A stretch of 63,151 bases of DNA, counting the filler, from Octopus bimaculoides (lineage: Eukaryota), in NCBI RefSeq assembly GCF_001194135.2. It is 8 parts of 6 records of this genome, joined end to end, with 100 filler letters (N's around TTAATTAATTAA, not from the genome) between each part and the next. Parts side by side here need not be neighbours in the genome. Positions count along the whole stretch, not along the records: positions 11,415 to 22,096 come from NC_069000.1; positions 22,197 to 30,073 come from NC_068981.1; 6 more parts are not named here. One strand, given 5' to 3'. Shown piece by piece: positions 12,334 through 23,628 of the stretch; the first letter of the stretch is position 1; each line of letters starts with the position of its first letter. A program made the translations under genes and the position numbers. Below the pieces are notes generated by a model, which ran no database searches, was not told the DNA's origin, and worked only from the letters and a program-made list of their open reading frames with translations.

Positions 12334-12712
12334 TACCCTGTTGATGTGAATAACTCTTCAAATATCAAAGAGAAAAAGGATAACTTTGGAGAAAGCTTCG
12401 AAAGATGAAGCTTCCAGACCAAGATTATGAATTCGCATTTATAGCAAGAATGAGTTCAGCGCTTGGTTTTGTGAGCAAATTCCAAAGAGAAATCTGGAAA
12501 AGCCAGGGTTTTAAGAAAAAGAAATCAACAAGCTTAGCTGCGCATAACAAATACAATCTGCAAGCGGAACAGGAAAAATATGCAAGACTTTTCTCAAGTT
12601 TAAAATGTGGATTTGTTTTTATCTACATTCCAACAACGGAGCTTTGTATCTTTGTTAGAAGCCAGCTGCTTCCTAAAAGAAAGAATTCAAATAATTAAAA
12701 ATATAAAGCTAA
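12334..12712 (+). mobile_element. Degenerate 3' fragment of an R4/Dong-like RLE non-LTR retrotransposon (divergent subfamily)
   Basis: Frameshifted translation PVDVNNSSNIKEKKDNFGE / DYEFAFIARMSSALGFVSK / NLEKPGF*EKEINKLSCA*QIQSASGTGKICKTFLKF resembles the C-terminus of a restriction-like endonuclease and the copies at 27.5, 28.1 and 51.5 kb. Flanked on both sides by (CATA)n. Confidence 0.7.
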
Positions 12713-13350
12713 CATACATACATACATACGTACATACATACATACATATATACATACATACATACATACATACATACATACATACATACATACATACATA
12801 CATACTTGCATTCAAAGAGTAAAATTCATGCACTGCTGTAGAGATCAGCTGCCGAACGGATATGAATGTGTCATCAAAAACAAGGGAAAAGCATTTACTG
12901 TGAACTAACGAGAAATTTACAGCTCTTATATCCCGGCTATAGATTTCATTTGTACTTATTATCATAGGTACGCTGGGTTAAGTAGCAACAAATTTGCTGG
13001 GGTTCTCCAAGAAAGAGCCATGGTAAACAGATTTGGCATTCTCCAAATACAACGGCACAGTGAAAAATGGTAAATGATTTTTGCAACTTTTCATTCGTGA
13101 TTCCTGGGTTGAACCTAAGCGCATGAGCATATCAACATATCTTTTCTCTTTACTTTTTATCCTTCATTTGGTTCTGTCATTCGACGGCGGCCATACTGCA
13201 GCACTGTCTTGAAGGGTTTAGTCGAACAAATCAGCTGTAGTGCTGACTGCAAGACTGATATTTATTCTATCGGTGTCTTTTACCGAACTGTTAAGTTACA
13301 GCGACGTATACAAAGCAACACTAGTTGTCAAGAGGTAGTATAAAAAAAAA

Positions 13351-13531
13351 GGCAGCGAACTGGCAGAATCGTTAGCGCGTCGGACAAAATGCTTAGCGGT
13401 ATCTCGTCCGCCTTTACGTTCTGAGTTCAAACTCTGCCTAGATTGACTTTGCCTTTCATCCTTTCGGGATCGATTAAATAAGTACCAGTTGAGCACTGGA
13501 GTCGAGGAAATCGACTTATTCCCTTCCCCCA
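13351..13531 (+). mobile_element. SINE family A
   Basis: Same head and body as 8793. Confidence 0.85.
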
Positions 13532-13927
13532 AACCTCTTATATACTTTTATAATTACTTTTGTATTGAATAATTATTGATAGAGCTAGATTAGTAGCAGT
13601 CAGTGCTATTATCACCAACTCAAAATCTAGGTTACTTAACGTGAGTCTGGTAACTGATGGTTTTGATTCTTGTTGCTTGTAACTTTTTGGTGAGCCATGG
13701 TGCAACCAACAAGATTCCTGCCATTAATTTGATGTGGATGAGTAATATCAAATAATTCAATCACAACATATATTCAAATTAAACATGAAAAAAAAATTGA
13801 AATATTATCATCACTTACATGGAAAAATTGAAATATTATCTTTCAGTATTTTATAAGGTAAAATCTTAAATCGTTAATTGACACATTATTAATTATCTCA
13901 GTACAGCAACGCCTGGAAAAATCATGG

Positions 13928-14447
13928 ATTACATGGAAAAATGCGAGCATGCAAAGTAATATTCTTAAGATTATAAACCCGGAAAAGTACAGGACAAGTT
14001 ATTACACCTGGAAAAGTATAGCACAAGCCATTACTTCTAGTAAAGTAAAGAATAAGAAACTTTTTACTTAAAATATTGCAGCTAAAATTAAAATTTGAAT
14101 ATTAAAATTATTTTATTATAGTTTACAAATAACACTATAGTTATTTAAGTAGAATTTGGCTAATTTACTACCTTCAATACAGAAAAAAGTGACTAATTAG
14201 ACAAACTTACAAATTAGCTGAACAGTTTTGTACAATAAATTTAAAAGATGAGAACTGTAAAGAGGGATAAATTAGAAGAACTGGTATTCTTTGCTGCAAT
14301 ATTTTAAGCAGAAAGTTTCTTATTCTTTACTTTACTTGAAGTAATAGTTTGTCCTATACTTTTCCAGGTGTAATAGCTTGTCCTGAACATTTCCAGGTTT
14401 ATGATCTTAAGAATATTACTTTTCATGCTCGCATTTTTCCATGTAAT
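13928..14447. mobile_element. Foldback-type element with ~155-bp inverted arms
   Basis: 13928-14082 is the reverse complement of 14293-14447 (about 12 mismatches by manual alignment). Internal ~28-bp subrepeats CCTGGAAAAGTA..ACAAG..ATTAC. No clear TSD. Confidence 0.8.
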
Positions 14448-14539
14448 AAGAAGTTGACTGTCTATATAAGATTGTTTTTAGCGGGGAGGGGAGTCCACGC
14501 TAGCAAAATAGTAATTTGAGGATCATGATAGTATCACTT

Positions 14540-14752
14540 ACTTTTAGATGTATCTATTTTCAAGACACAACTAGATTTCTTTCTCTGCTGTTTTTTTGTT
14601 GTTTTTTTTTTACGTTGTTCAACCTACACAAGACATTGTGTGATGACGAAATAAGAATTTTGAAAGAGGCATTTATAGAACTAGACTTTACACCAGAATA
14701 AAGCAATAATCAGAGAGGTCCACAAGTGAAAAATTGTTGAGAATCCACTGGT
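14540..14752 (+). mobile_element. Partial hAT MITE (right portion) related to 14816-15685
   Basis: Shares GTTCAACCTAC.CAAG and AATA.GAATTTTGAAAG with 15010-15062. Ends TTGTTGAGAATCCACTG. Confidence 0.55.
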
Positions 14753-15134
14753 CTGCTCCAAGCTTCGCCAATAGCCGCAGGGAAGAAAAAGAGACTTATG
14801 GGAATAACTCTAAAACGGTGGTTCTGAACCAGTATTCACATGGCCCCTGAGGGTCCATATAAGATTTTTTGGGGTCCATGCAACAAAATAGTGTATTGGG
14901 CATTCACAATAGTATTTTAAGGGCCCCTGACATATTTTTTTTACTTTAGATGCATGTATTGGTATTTATTGTAAGAAACAGCCAAGTTTCTTTGTCTAAC
15001 ATTTTACATAGTTCAACCTACGCAAGTTAATGTGGGAAAAACAAAATAGGAATTTTGAAAGAACTATCCTTCAAAAGAGAAATTATTAATTCTAAATCTC
15101 TGAACGAGAAACATGCAGCAACAGTACTATAGAG

Positions 15135-15457
15135 CAGTGGTTCCCAAACTATGAGTCGTGACCCACCGATGGGTCGTGAACGGAATCCTAGTGGGTCGCA
15201 AAAAGTTATAAAATCACGCATTAGCTTTGATTAACTGCTGTCTATCGAGATAGTTCAAGACTCATGTTTTCAATACCAGACTGGTTGTTTTATCAAGCAG
15301 TAGGCTTTTTAAATTCTATTATTGAGCGTAGCAAGAAACAGGCTCATCCTTCTCACAGGCCGCAATGAAAATGTAATCTGAAATAAATTTGTTTCTTTAA
15401 TGTTTTTACCCAGTAGAGTTAAGTGGGTCGCGTCTCTAAAAAGTTTGGGAACCACTG
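15135..15457. mobile_element. hAT (Charlie-like) MITE, nested
   Basis: Perfect 16-bp TIR CAGTGGTTCCCAAACT/AGTTTGGGAACCACTG and perfect 8-bp TSD CTATAGAG (15127-34, 15458-65). Confidence 0.92.
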
Positions 15458-15462
15458 CTATA

Positions 15463-15588
15463 GAGTAAAGCTTATTTGCCAACATAAAGTGGCAATTCTG
15501 ATTAGGACCAATGTTGCTATTATTTAGCACCAGGAAAACATCGTCCTAATGAGGACTGCCCCTTTAATTTGGCAAATAAGCTTTACTC
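15463..15588. mobile_element. Small TA-flanked MITE (Tc1/mariner or pogo type)
   Basis: Perfect 20-bp TIR GAGTAAAGCTTATTTGCCAA/TTGGCAAATAAGCTTTACTC with TA on both sides. Confidence 0.8.
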
Positions 15589-16164
15589 TAGTTTTTAAAC
15601 ACTGAATGGTTATGGGGATCCACCAGAATAAAATAGTACTCAAAGGGTTCCATAGATAAAAAATAAATATGGTTGAGAAACCCTGCTCTAAAGGTTAGGT
15701 CTGGGTGAGTGTGAGGTGGGGAGAAGTCAATTGAAATTGGAATTTGAAATATAGGGTGTTATAATTAGAATTCAGTATTCGCAGGTGTGTGTTATGAATA
15801 TGTATGTATGAATAGAGTCACTCCTATGTTCTTGTAATTGTATAGGAATATGTGAGAACTGAATTGAAATTGTTTTTAGAGGGGGATTAACTTTTAAGAA
15901 TGACAAGTTCTGGTTAAATAGACAAATGCCCAAATTGTTGGCTGTTATTGTCTCTGAGTGTAAAGCGATTTGGGATGATGGATATAAATGAAGGGGAGTA
16001 GGAAGAAAGGAAGGAAATAGGCGAAAAAGGATGAATAAAGGGAAAATGATGAATGGAATGAAAGTGTTTCCAAATGTAATGTGTGTGTGTTTGTTTGTAT
16101 GCATGCATGTGTGCATGTTTGTGAGTATATATATATGCACGCGTTTATTTATAGTTATATCCAC

Positions 16165-16318
16165 TAGCATAGCTAGAGGGCGCAGTTCGCCCCATGCGGC
16201 ACTTTTATGAGGGTGGCACCACTTTTAGGTCTACAATAGACAATCTACATTTTATGTGGGGCCCGAAGGCGGAAAACTGAAGGGCACACACTGGGCGGCA
16301 CACACTCTAGCTACGCTA
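16165..16318. mobile_element. Small MITE
   Basis: 14-bp TIR TAGCATAGCTAGAG/CTCTAGCTACGCTA (1 mismatch). A mariner end begins immediately to the right. Confidence 0.6.
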
Positions 16319-16320
16319 AT

Positions 16321-16415
16321 ATTGGGTCGTCAGATATTTTCGTTCGTTTTTTTCTTTACTCTTTTTAATTGGATCTTTTCTGTTTGACTGCACTTTTTAA
16401 AATTTTCAAATTAAG
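16321..16415 (+). mobile_element. Mariner TIR end of the same family as 19073, running into a gap
   Basis: TATTGGGTCGTCAGATATTTTCGTTCGTTTTTT resembles TATTGGGCTGTCAGATAAATTCGTTTGTTTGTTTTT at 19071. Confidence 0.55.
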
Positions 16416-17560
16416 NNNNNNNNNNNNNNNNNNNNNNNNNNNNNNNNNNNNNNNNNNNNNNNNNNNNNNNNNNNNNNNNNNNNNNNNNNNNNNNNNNNNN
16501 NNNNNNNNNNNNNNNNNNNNNNNNNNNNNNNNNNNNNNNNNNNNNNNNNNNNNNNNNNNNNNNNNNNNNNNNNNNNNNNNNNNNNNNNNNNNNNNNNNNN
16601 NNNNNNNNNNNNNNNNNNNNNNNNNNNNNNNNNNNNNNNNNNNNNNNNNNNNNNNNNNNNNNNNNNNNNNNNNNNNNNNNNNNNNNNNNNNNNNNNNNNN
16701 NNNNNNNNNNNNNNNNNNNNNNNNNNNNNNNNNNNNNNNNNNNNNNNNNNNNNNNNNNNNNNNNNNNNNNNNNNNNNNNNNNNNNNNNNNNNNNNNNNNN
16801 NNNNNNNNNNNNNNNNNNNNNNNNNNNNNNNNNNNNNNNNNNNNNNNNNNNNNNNNNNNNNNNNNNNNNNNNNNNNNNNNNNNNNNNNNNNNNNNNNNNN
16901 NNNNNNNNNNNNNNNNNNNNNNNNNNNNNNNNNNNNNNNNNNNNNNNNNNNNNNNNNNNNNNNNNNNNNNNNNNNNNNNNNNNNNNNNNNNNNNNNNNNN
17001 NNNNNNNNNNNNNNNNNNNNNNNNNNNNNNNNNNNNNNNNNNNNNNNNNNNNNNNNNNNNNNNNNNNNNNNNNNNNNNNNNNNNNNNNNNNNNNNNNNNN
17101 NNNNNNNNNNNNNNNNNNNNNNNNNNNNNNNNNNNNNNNNNNNNNNNNNNNNNNNNNNNNNNNNNNNNNNNNNNNNNNNNNNNNNNNNNNNNNNNNNNNN
17201 NNNNNNNNNNNNNNNNNNNNNNNNNNNNNNNNNNNNNNNNNNNNNNNNNNNNNNNNNNNNNNNNNNNNNNNNNNNNNNNNNNNNNNNNNNNNNNNNNNNN
17301 NNNNNNNNNNNNNNNNNNNNNNNNNNNNNNNNNNNNNNNNNNNNNNNNNNNNNNNNNNNTATGGGCAATTTGATTTTATATATGTTTTTTAATCGAAATC
17401 TTTTAATTGACAATAAACCTATTTGTTAAATAAATAAATGTAAAAATATATGTTATTTTAAGCAAATATTTATGTATAAATTTCATAAGCGTTTATAAGG
17501 GGGTCCCTAAGGTAAGGCCTGAAATACAAAGGGGTCCAAAAGTTTGAAAAACCCTGCTCT

Positions 17561-17661
17561 AGGCAAAAGGCCCGAAATTTTGGGGGAGGGGGCCAGTCGA
17601 TTAGATCGACCTCAGTACGCAACTGGTACTTAATTTATCGACCCCGAAAGGATGAAAGGAT
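17561..17661 (-). mobile_element. SINE family A, 3' part
   Basis: GGCCCGAAATTTTGGGGGAGGGG...GACCCCGAAAGGATGAAAGG. Confidence 0.8.
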
Positions 17662-18118
17662 GGAATACCGGTAAGCTTTTTTTCACCCGGCGTGCTGTTT
17701 CTGCCAGCTCGCCGCCTTACACAAATGCGAACACAAACACACGTGTGTATAATTATGTGCACCTGTAAATGTTTATGCACGTGTATAAATATAAGCTTGC
17801 ACAGTCAGACACAAACCACACTCATTTACATACGCAGATATCAACACATACATAAATGCAAATATGAATACTCACACATGTATATGATCAAATACACATG
17901 TAAAAATTTACGTGTATGTATACATGTAGCTCACACAGGTATATGTGTATGCGTGTGTGTTTGTATGAGTGTACAAGCGTTATATTTATACACGCGCATA
18001 AATTTTTACATGTGTATAGGATTATATACATATGTGAGTGTTTGTGTTTGTATTTATGTGTGTGAGTATTGATATGTATGTTTGCGCGTGTGTGTATGCA
18101 TGTATATATATATGCATA

Positions 18119-18296
18119 GGGGCAGGAGTGGCTGTGTGGTAAGTAGCTTGCTTACGAACCACATTGGTTCTGGGTTCAGTCCCACTGCGTGGCACCTAGG
18201 GTAAGTGTCTTATACTATAGCCTAGGGCCGACCAAAGCCTTGTGAGAGGATTTGGTAGACGGAAACTGAAAGAAGCCCGTCGTATATATGTGTATG

Positions 18297-18329
<33 letters not shown>

Positions 18330-18545
18330 ATATGTTTGTGTGTCTGTGTTTGTCCCCCAACATCGCTTGACAACCGATGCTGGTGTGTTTATGTCCCCGT
18401 AACTTAGCGGTTCGGCAAAAGCGACCGATAGAATAAGTACTAGACTTCCAAAGAATAAGTCCTGGGATCGATTTCTTCGACTAAAGGCGGTGCTCCAGCA
18501 TGGCCGCAGTCAAATGACTGAAACAAGTAAAAGAGTAAAAAGAGT
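18119..18545 (+). mobile_element. Bipartite tRNA-headed SINE family B (head + internal microsatellite + tail)
   Basis: GGCAGGAGTGGCTGTGTGGTAAG...GGGTTCAGTCCC head, AGACGGAAACTGAAAGAAGCCCGTCG, TA/TG tract, then tail CAACATCGCTTGACAACCGATG...GGTGCTCCAGCATGGCCGCAGTC. Confidence 0.88.
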
Positions 18546-19072
18546 ATATATATANNNNNNNNNNNNNNNNNNNNNNNNNNNNNNNNNNNNNNNNNNNNNN
18601 NNNNNNNNNNNNNNNNNNNNNNNNNNNNNNNNNNNNNNNNNNNNNNNNNNNNNNNNNNNNNNNNNNNNNNNNNNNNNNNNNNNNNNNNNNNNNNNNNNNN
18701 NNNNNNNNNNNNNNNNNNNNNNNNNNNNNNNNNNNNNNNNNNNNNNNNNNNNNNNNNNNNNNNNNNNNNNNNNNNNNNNNNNNNNNNNNNNNNNNNNNNN
18801 NNNNNNNNNNNNNNNNNNNNNNNNNNNNNNNNNNNNNNNNNNNNNNNNNNNNNNNNNNNNNNNNNNNNNNNNNNNNNNNNNNNNNNNNNNNNNNNNNNNN
18901 NNNNNNNNNNNNNNNNNNNNNNNNNNNNNNNNNNNNNNNNNNNNNNNNNNNNNNNNNNNNNNNNNNNNNNNNNNNNNNNNNNNNNNNNTAAGACTAAGTG
19001 AATGATGTGAATATAATTAGTTTTAAATTGCTTAGACAGATATATGGGAAACTATTTTTGCTTCCACTCATA

Positions 19073-19558
19073 TTGGGCTGTCAGATAAATTCGTTTGTTT
19101 GTTTTTCCATGTTATTTGAGTTAAAACGAAAGATATTTTTATGGGGAGTTTTTGTAGCTCGGCTCTTCCTTTTCGACTTTTGTTTATCGTTTTCGAAATT
19201 TGAATAAATTTTACCTCTTTACAAACAGATGACGATAGAGTGGCAAGTAGAAAATTATGAGCAATTTCGACACCTGCTTCTCTTCGCTTTCAGTTAAGAT
19301 TCCAATGCTGCCAAAGTCGCTCGAGACATTTGTGATGTGTACGAAGAAGATGCTAAAAGAAAGGCACATGCTTCATGCTTCAAGGAGGAGAGACTCGACA
19401 TAAGACTCTCCGCATTCCAGTCAGCCTATATCAGTTCCATGCAGATCGATTGAACGACATCCTCCACGAGAATCTGCACCAGTCCGCGGGAGACTTAGCT
19501 CAATACGTGAAATGCTCTCATGATTCCGTCGCCTGTTATCTTCACTTAATGGACAATC
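19073..19558 (+). mobile_element. Mariner transposon relic (left TIR + transposase N-terminal HTH)
   Basis: TA + TTGGGCTGTCAGATAAATTCG TIR-like end. MTIEWQVENYEQFRHLLLFAFS*DSNAAKVARDICDVYEED then, after a frameshift, FHADRLNDILHENLHQSAGDLAQYVKCSHDSVACYLHLM. Confidence 0.85.
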
Positions 19559-21483
19559 CAGCTTATATATATATACGACGGGTTTTTTCAGTTTATTTCT
19601 ATCAAATCCACTCAGATGTCTTTCGGGCTATAGTAGAAGACACTCTTCTAAGGTGCCACGCAGTCGGACTGAACCCAGAACCATGTGGTTGGAAAGCAAG
19701 CTTCTTACCACACAGCCACGCCATATGCATGTACGTATGTATGTATGCATAAGTGCGTGACTTTCTGTTTGATTGTGTCTCATGGCCGTATGAAAATTAG
19801 CTTTGGTTTGCTTACGTACCCGCAACTTAGCGACTCGATAAAAAGAGTCTAATGAAATTAGTGACAAACTTAGAAATACGTACTGAAGCTGATCTGCTTG
19901 GCTGAACACATCAAGGCGACGCCCCGGCGTAGCTGCAATCCAAAGAGTGTAACGACTAAAAGATAACTCGTACATGTCTGTGTTCGTCTGGATTTCACTC
20001 CCTTTGTCTTTTGTNNNNNNNNNNNNNNNNNNNNNNNNNNNNNNNNNNNNNNNNNNNNNNNNNNNNNNNNNNNNNNNNNNNNNNNNNNNNNNNNNNNNNN
20101 NNNNNNNNNNNNNNNNNNNNNNNNNNNNNNNNNNNNNNNNNNNNNNNNNNNNNNNNNNNNNNNNNNNNNNNNNNNNNNNNNNNNNNNNNNNNNNNNNNNN
20201 NNNNNNNNNNNNNNNNNNNNNNNNNNNNNNNNNNNNNNNNNNNNNNNNNNNNNNNNNNNNNNNNNNNNNNNNNNNNNNNNNNNNNNNNNNNNNNNNNNNN
20301 NNNNNNNNNNNNNNNNNNNNNNNNNNNNNNNNNNNNNNNNNNNNNNNNNNNNNNNNNNNNNNNNNNNNNNNNNNNNNNNNNNNNNNNNNNNNNNNNNNNN
20401 NNNNNNNNNNNNNNNNNNNNNNNNNNNNNNNNNNNNNNNNNNNNNNNNNNNNNNNNNNNNNNNNNNNNNNNNNNNNNNNNNNNNNNNNNNNNNNNNNNNN
20501 NNNNNNNNNNNNNNNNNNNNNNNNNNNNNNNNNNNNNNNNNNNNNNNNNNNNNNNNNNNNNNNNNNNNNNNNNNNNNNNNNNNNNNNNNNNNNNNNNNNN
20601 NNNNNNNNNNNNNNNNNNNNNNNNNNNNNNNNNNNNNNNNNNNNNNNNNNNNNNNNNNNNNNNNNNNNNNNNNNNNNNNNNNNNNNNNNNNNNNNNNNNN
20701 NNNNNNNNNNNNNNNNNNNNNNNNNNNNNNNNNNNNNNNNNNNNNNNNNNNNNNNNNNNNNNNNNNNNNNNNNNNNNNNNNNNNNNNNNNNNNNNNNNNN
20801 NNNNNNNNNNNNNNNNNNNNNNNNNNNNNNNNNCAATAAAATAAAGTAAAAACGATAAAAGTAATGTTGATCTTCCATGGTTTTACACCGTTAAGAAAGT
20901 TCAGCTCTGATTGCTATGATGAGAATTCGTTAGCTTCTTTACTGTTTTCTTTTTTTTTTCTTTCTTTTCCTTTTTTTCCTTTTTTTTTTTTTCATTAGTT
21001 TTCTGTTACAAACATTCCATTTCGTCAAAGTAATTATTTGCGAAAACGAAAGCAAATCTCCATGTCATTTCAGAATGGTTACAAATATATTTGGGGAGAG
21101 ATATTTTCATTGCAATTTAAGTAGTTACAGCTTCCTTCCATCTTGAGTTACTAAATTTTGTCACCCAAGCAAAAAATGTAATAAGAAATAAAAAAAAGAG
21201 ATATTTCTAACAGATACTCGGAGGACAAGACAAGATTAGGGCAAAGTTAATAACATTTTGGTTCTTGCTGCTGAACATGCAAATGATAAAACCGTCTTTG
21301 ACTGAATTTCTATGTCATTATAAGAATAAATATGCAAATAATCATTCCAGATCTCGCTGTACACGGTGCATATAACGATTTATTTTATCGGTTGGAAGAT
21401 ATAAGCACCGATCAGTCGACAATTTGTTCGCTGAAGGTATAAACAAAGCCAGCGGCTTTGTTTAGTTTCAGAGTTCCGTTTGC

Positions 21484-21533
21484 TACTGGCTGACGAGACA
21501 CAACATGTCGAAACACCGGGGTCCCTTGAGTGC
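21484..21533 (+). ncRNA. Minimal type I hammerhead ribozyme motif
   Basis: CTGACGA (21490-96), stem II GACA-CAACA-TGTC, GAAA (21510-13), C-ACCGGG-GTC (near-palindromic stem III). Stem I is weak: 2 bp plus a bulged extension. Confidence 0.7.
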
Positions 21534-21823
21534 TGTGCAACAATGAGCCGAGGGTGCTGAATACGGTATCGTCGTAAAAGGGAAAATTATTCTATATGGT
21601 ATATTCTGTATTACAACGATTTTGCGTCTGAACATATTTTGCATCTGAACATGTCAAGACGTATCAAGAATAAATATGCGAATAATCGTTAATATATGAA
21701 TCTTTCTAATAAAATATTTCATTGTAGTTTCAAATACTGATCTGCTGTTGGAAATAGTATCCTATGTATGTCTTTATTATTTCTTTGCAGAAGAATTACT
21801 GGTAGTTTATATACCCTGAAAAA

Positions 21824-21975
21824 GTGGTGAACTGGCAGAATCGGTAGCATGCCGGGCGAAATGCTTAGCGGTATTTCGTCTGTTTTTACGTTCTGAGTTC
21901 AAATTCCGCCGAGGTCGACTTTGCTATAACCTTTCAGGGTCGATAAACTAAGTACCAGTTGCGTACTGGGGTCGT
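21824..21975 (+). mobile_element. SINE family A
   Basis: Same head and body as 8793. Confidence 0.85.
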
Positions 21976-22196
21976 AAATCTTTCGAACTCCGACTAAATT
22001 TTACATCTAACTGTAGATAATGTTTTTTTCTTCGTCAGCCCTCGGTTACTTGGGTTCTATCGTATATAAATTGATTTCAAATTTTGGTACAAGGCCNNNN
22101 NNNNNNNNNNNNNNNNNNNNNNNNNNNNNNNNNNNNNNNNTTAATTAATTAANNNNNNNNNNNNNNNNNNNNNNNNNNNNNNNNNNNNNNNNNNNN

Positions 22197-22465
22197 GCAA
22201 CGGCCTAGTGTGGTAAGGGCAGCGAACTCGCGATCGTAGGATCGCGGTTTCGATTCCCAGACTGGGCGTTGTGAGTATTTATTCAGCGAAAATACCTAAA
22301 GTTCTACGAGGCTCCAGCAGAGGGTGCTGGCGAATCCTGCTGTACTTTTTCGCCACAACTTTCTCTCGCTCTTCCTTCCTGTTTCTATTGTATTTTTATT
22401 TTAAAGGACCAACCTTGTCACACTCTGTGTAAAGCTGAATTTCCCCGAGAGCAACGTTTAGGGGT
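22197..22465 (+). mobile_element. SINE family D, 3'-truncated
   Basis: Head and body match 10075. Confidence 0.8.
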
Positions 22466-22921
22466 ACAAGGGATAATAAAATCCAATGAATATACTGGTT
22501 TATTACCTATTACAAAAAGTATTGAATATTACATTTAATATTCAACTGTAAGGTAATTGGATAAACCGGGTTTATGTGTATTTAAAAAAAATAAAGATAA
22601 CTAAATTAATAATTATTTATTAATTACAAAATTGGATATCATCTTTGACAGCTGTTTCGATTCAAGACTCTAGAAATTAATTAGTGTAATTAAAGACATT
22701 TTAAAGTTGAATCTTATCGGAGGAGGAAACAGACGTACCCTTGCATTTTCATATTATTGCATGTTGAGTGTAGGGAGCAAATAAAATTTGAGTGAAGACA
22801 AGATAAGTAAAATGAACATTACAATATCTTCCTGTAAACGAACGTTTCTTTTTTTTACGACCGTGATGCTGATTTCATTTTTGCTTTCCTCATTTAATTA
22901 TTATTATTCTTAATCACTCTA

Positions 22922-23140
22922 GGGCGGCGAGCTGGCGGAACTGTTAGCACGCCGGGCGAAATGCTTAGCGACATTTCCTCCGTCTTTACTTTCTGAGTTC
23001 AAATTCTGCCGAGGCTGACTTTGCCTTTCATCCTTTCGGGTTGATAAAATTAGTATAAGTTGAACACTGGGGGTCGGTGTAACAAACTTAGCTCTCCTCC
23101 GAGATTGCTGGCCTTGTGCCGAAATTTGAAATCAATATTA
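22922..23140 (+). mobile_element. SINE family A
   Basis: GGGCGGCGAGCTGGCGGAA...GAGTTCAAATTCTGCCGAGG...CTTTCATCCTTTCGGG. Confidence 0.85.
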
Positions 23141-23386
23141 TTACTCACTCTGCGGGGGCTAATATTATGCCTACTGGATCTTTTCTTGGAGTTGCGAAGT
23201 ACCCTCGTTTCACAGATCTCTCTTCGATTATTGGAATACTATGCTATTCAGGATCCTACATAATGCACTGATGATCCTACATGATATGCTACTATAGTAG
23301 AAGACTCTTGCCCAAGCATCTTATCACACAGCAATGCCTGCTCATATATATGTATTATCCATGTATAATATTTATATAATATATGT

Positions 23387-23628
23387 ATATCGTTGCTATT
23401 ATGCAAAAGTGCCGTAAGTCCAAAACGTTGCTATTTCAGAAAACGAAAAGATTGAGTTCCACCATTCCATAGCAAAACCGACGACACTTCGACAATTTGA
23501 AATATCTTGGCGTCTGAAGCAGCTGGAGATACGATAGTTTGACCAAAAGTACCGGCTACTGCAAGCAAAAATAAAACGCATTTGGCCAAATGTGGACATA
23601 CGATAGTTTAACATAATAGCAACGATAT
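23387..23628. mobile_element. Unclassified MITE
   Basis: Perfect 17-bp IR ATATCGTTGCTATTATG/CATAATAGCAACGATAT in TA-rich flanks. Internal repeat TACGATAGTTT x2. Confidence 0.65.

Larger units (their letters stand above)
14816..15685. mobile_element. hAT (Charlie-like) MITE, outer element of a nest
   Basis: Ends CGGTGGTTCTGAACC and GGTTGAGAAACCCTG. 8-bp TSD CTCTAAAA/CTCTAAAG (14808-15, 15686-93). Confidence 0.75.
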
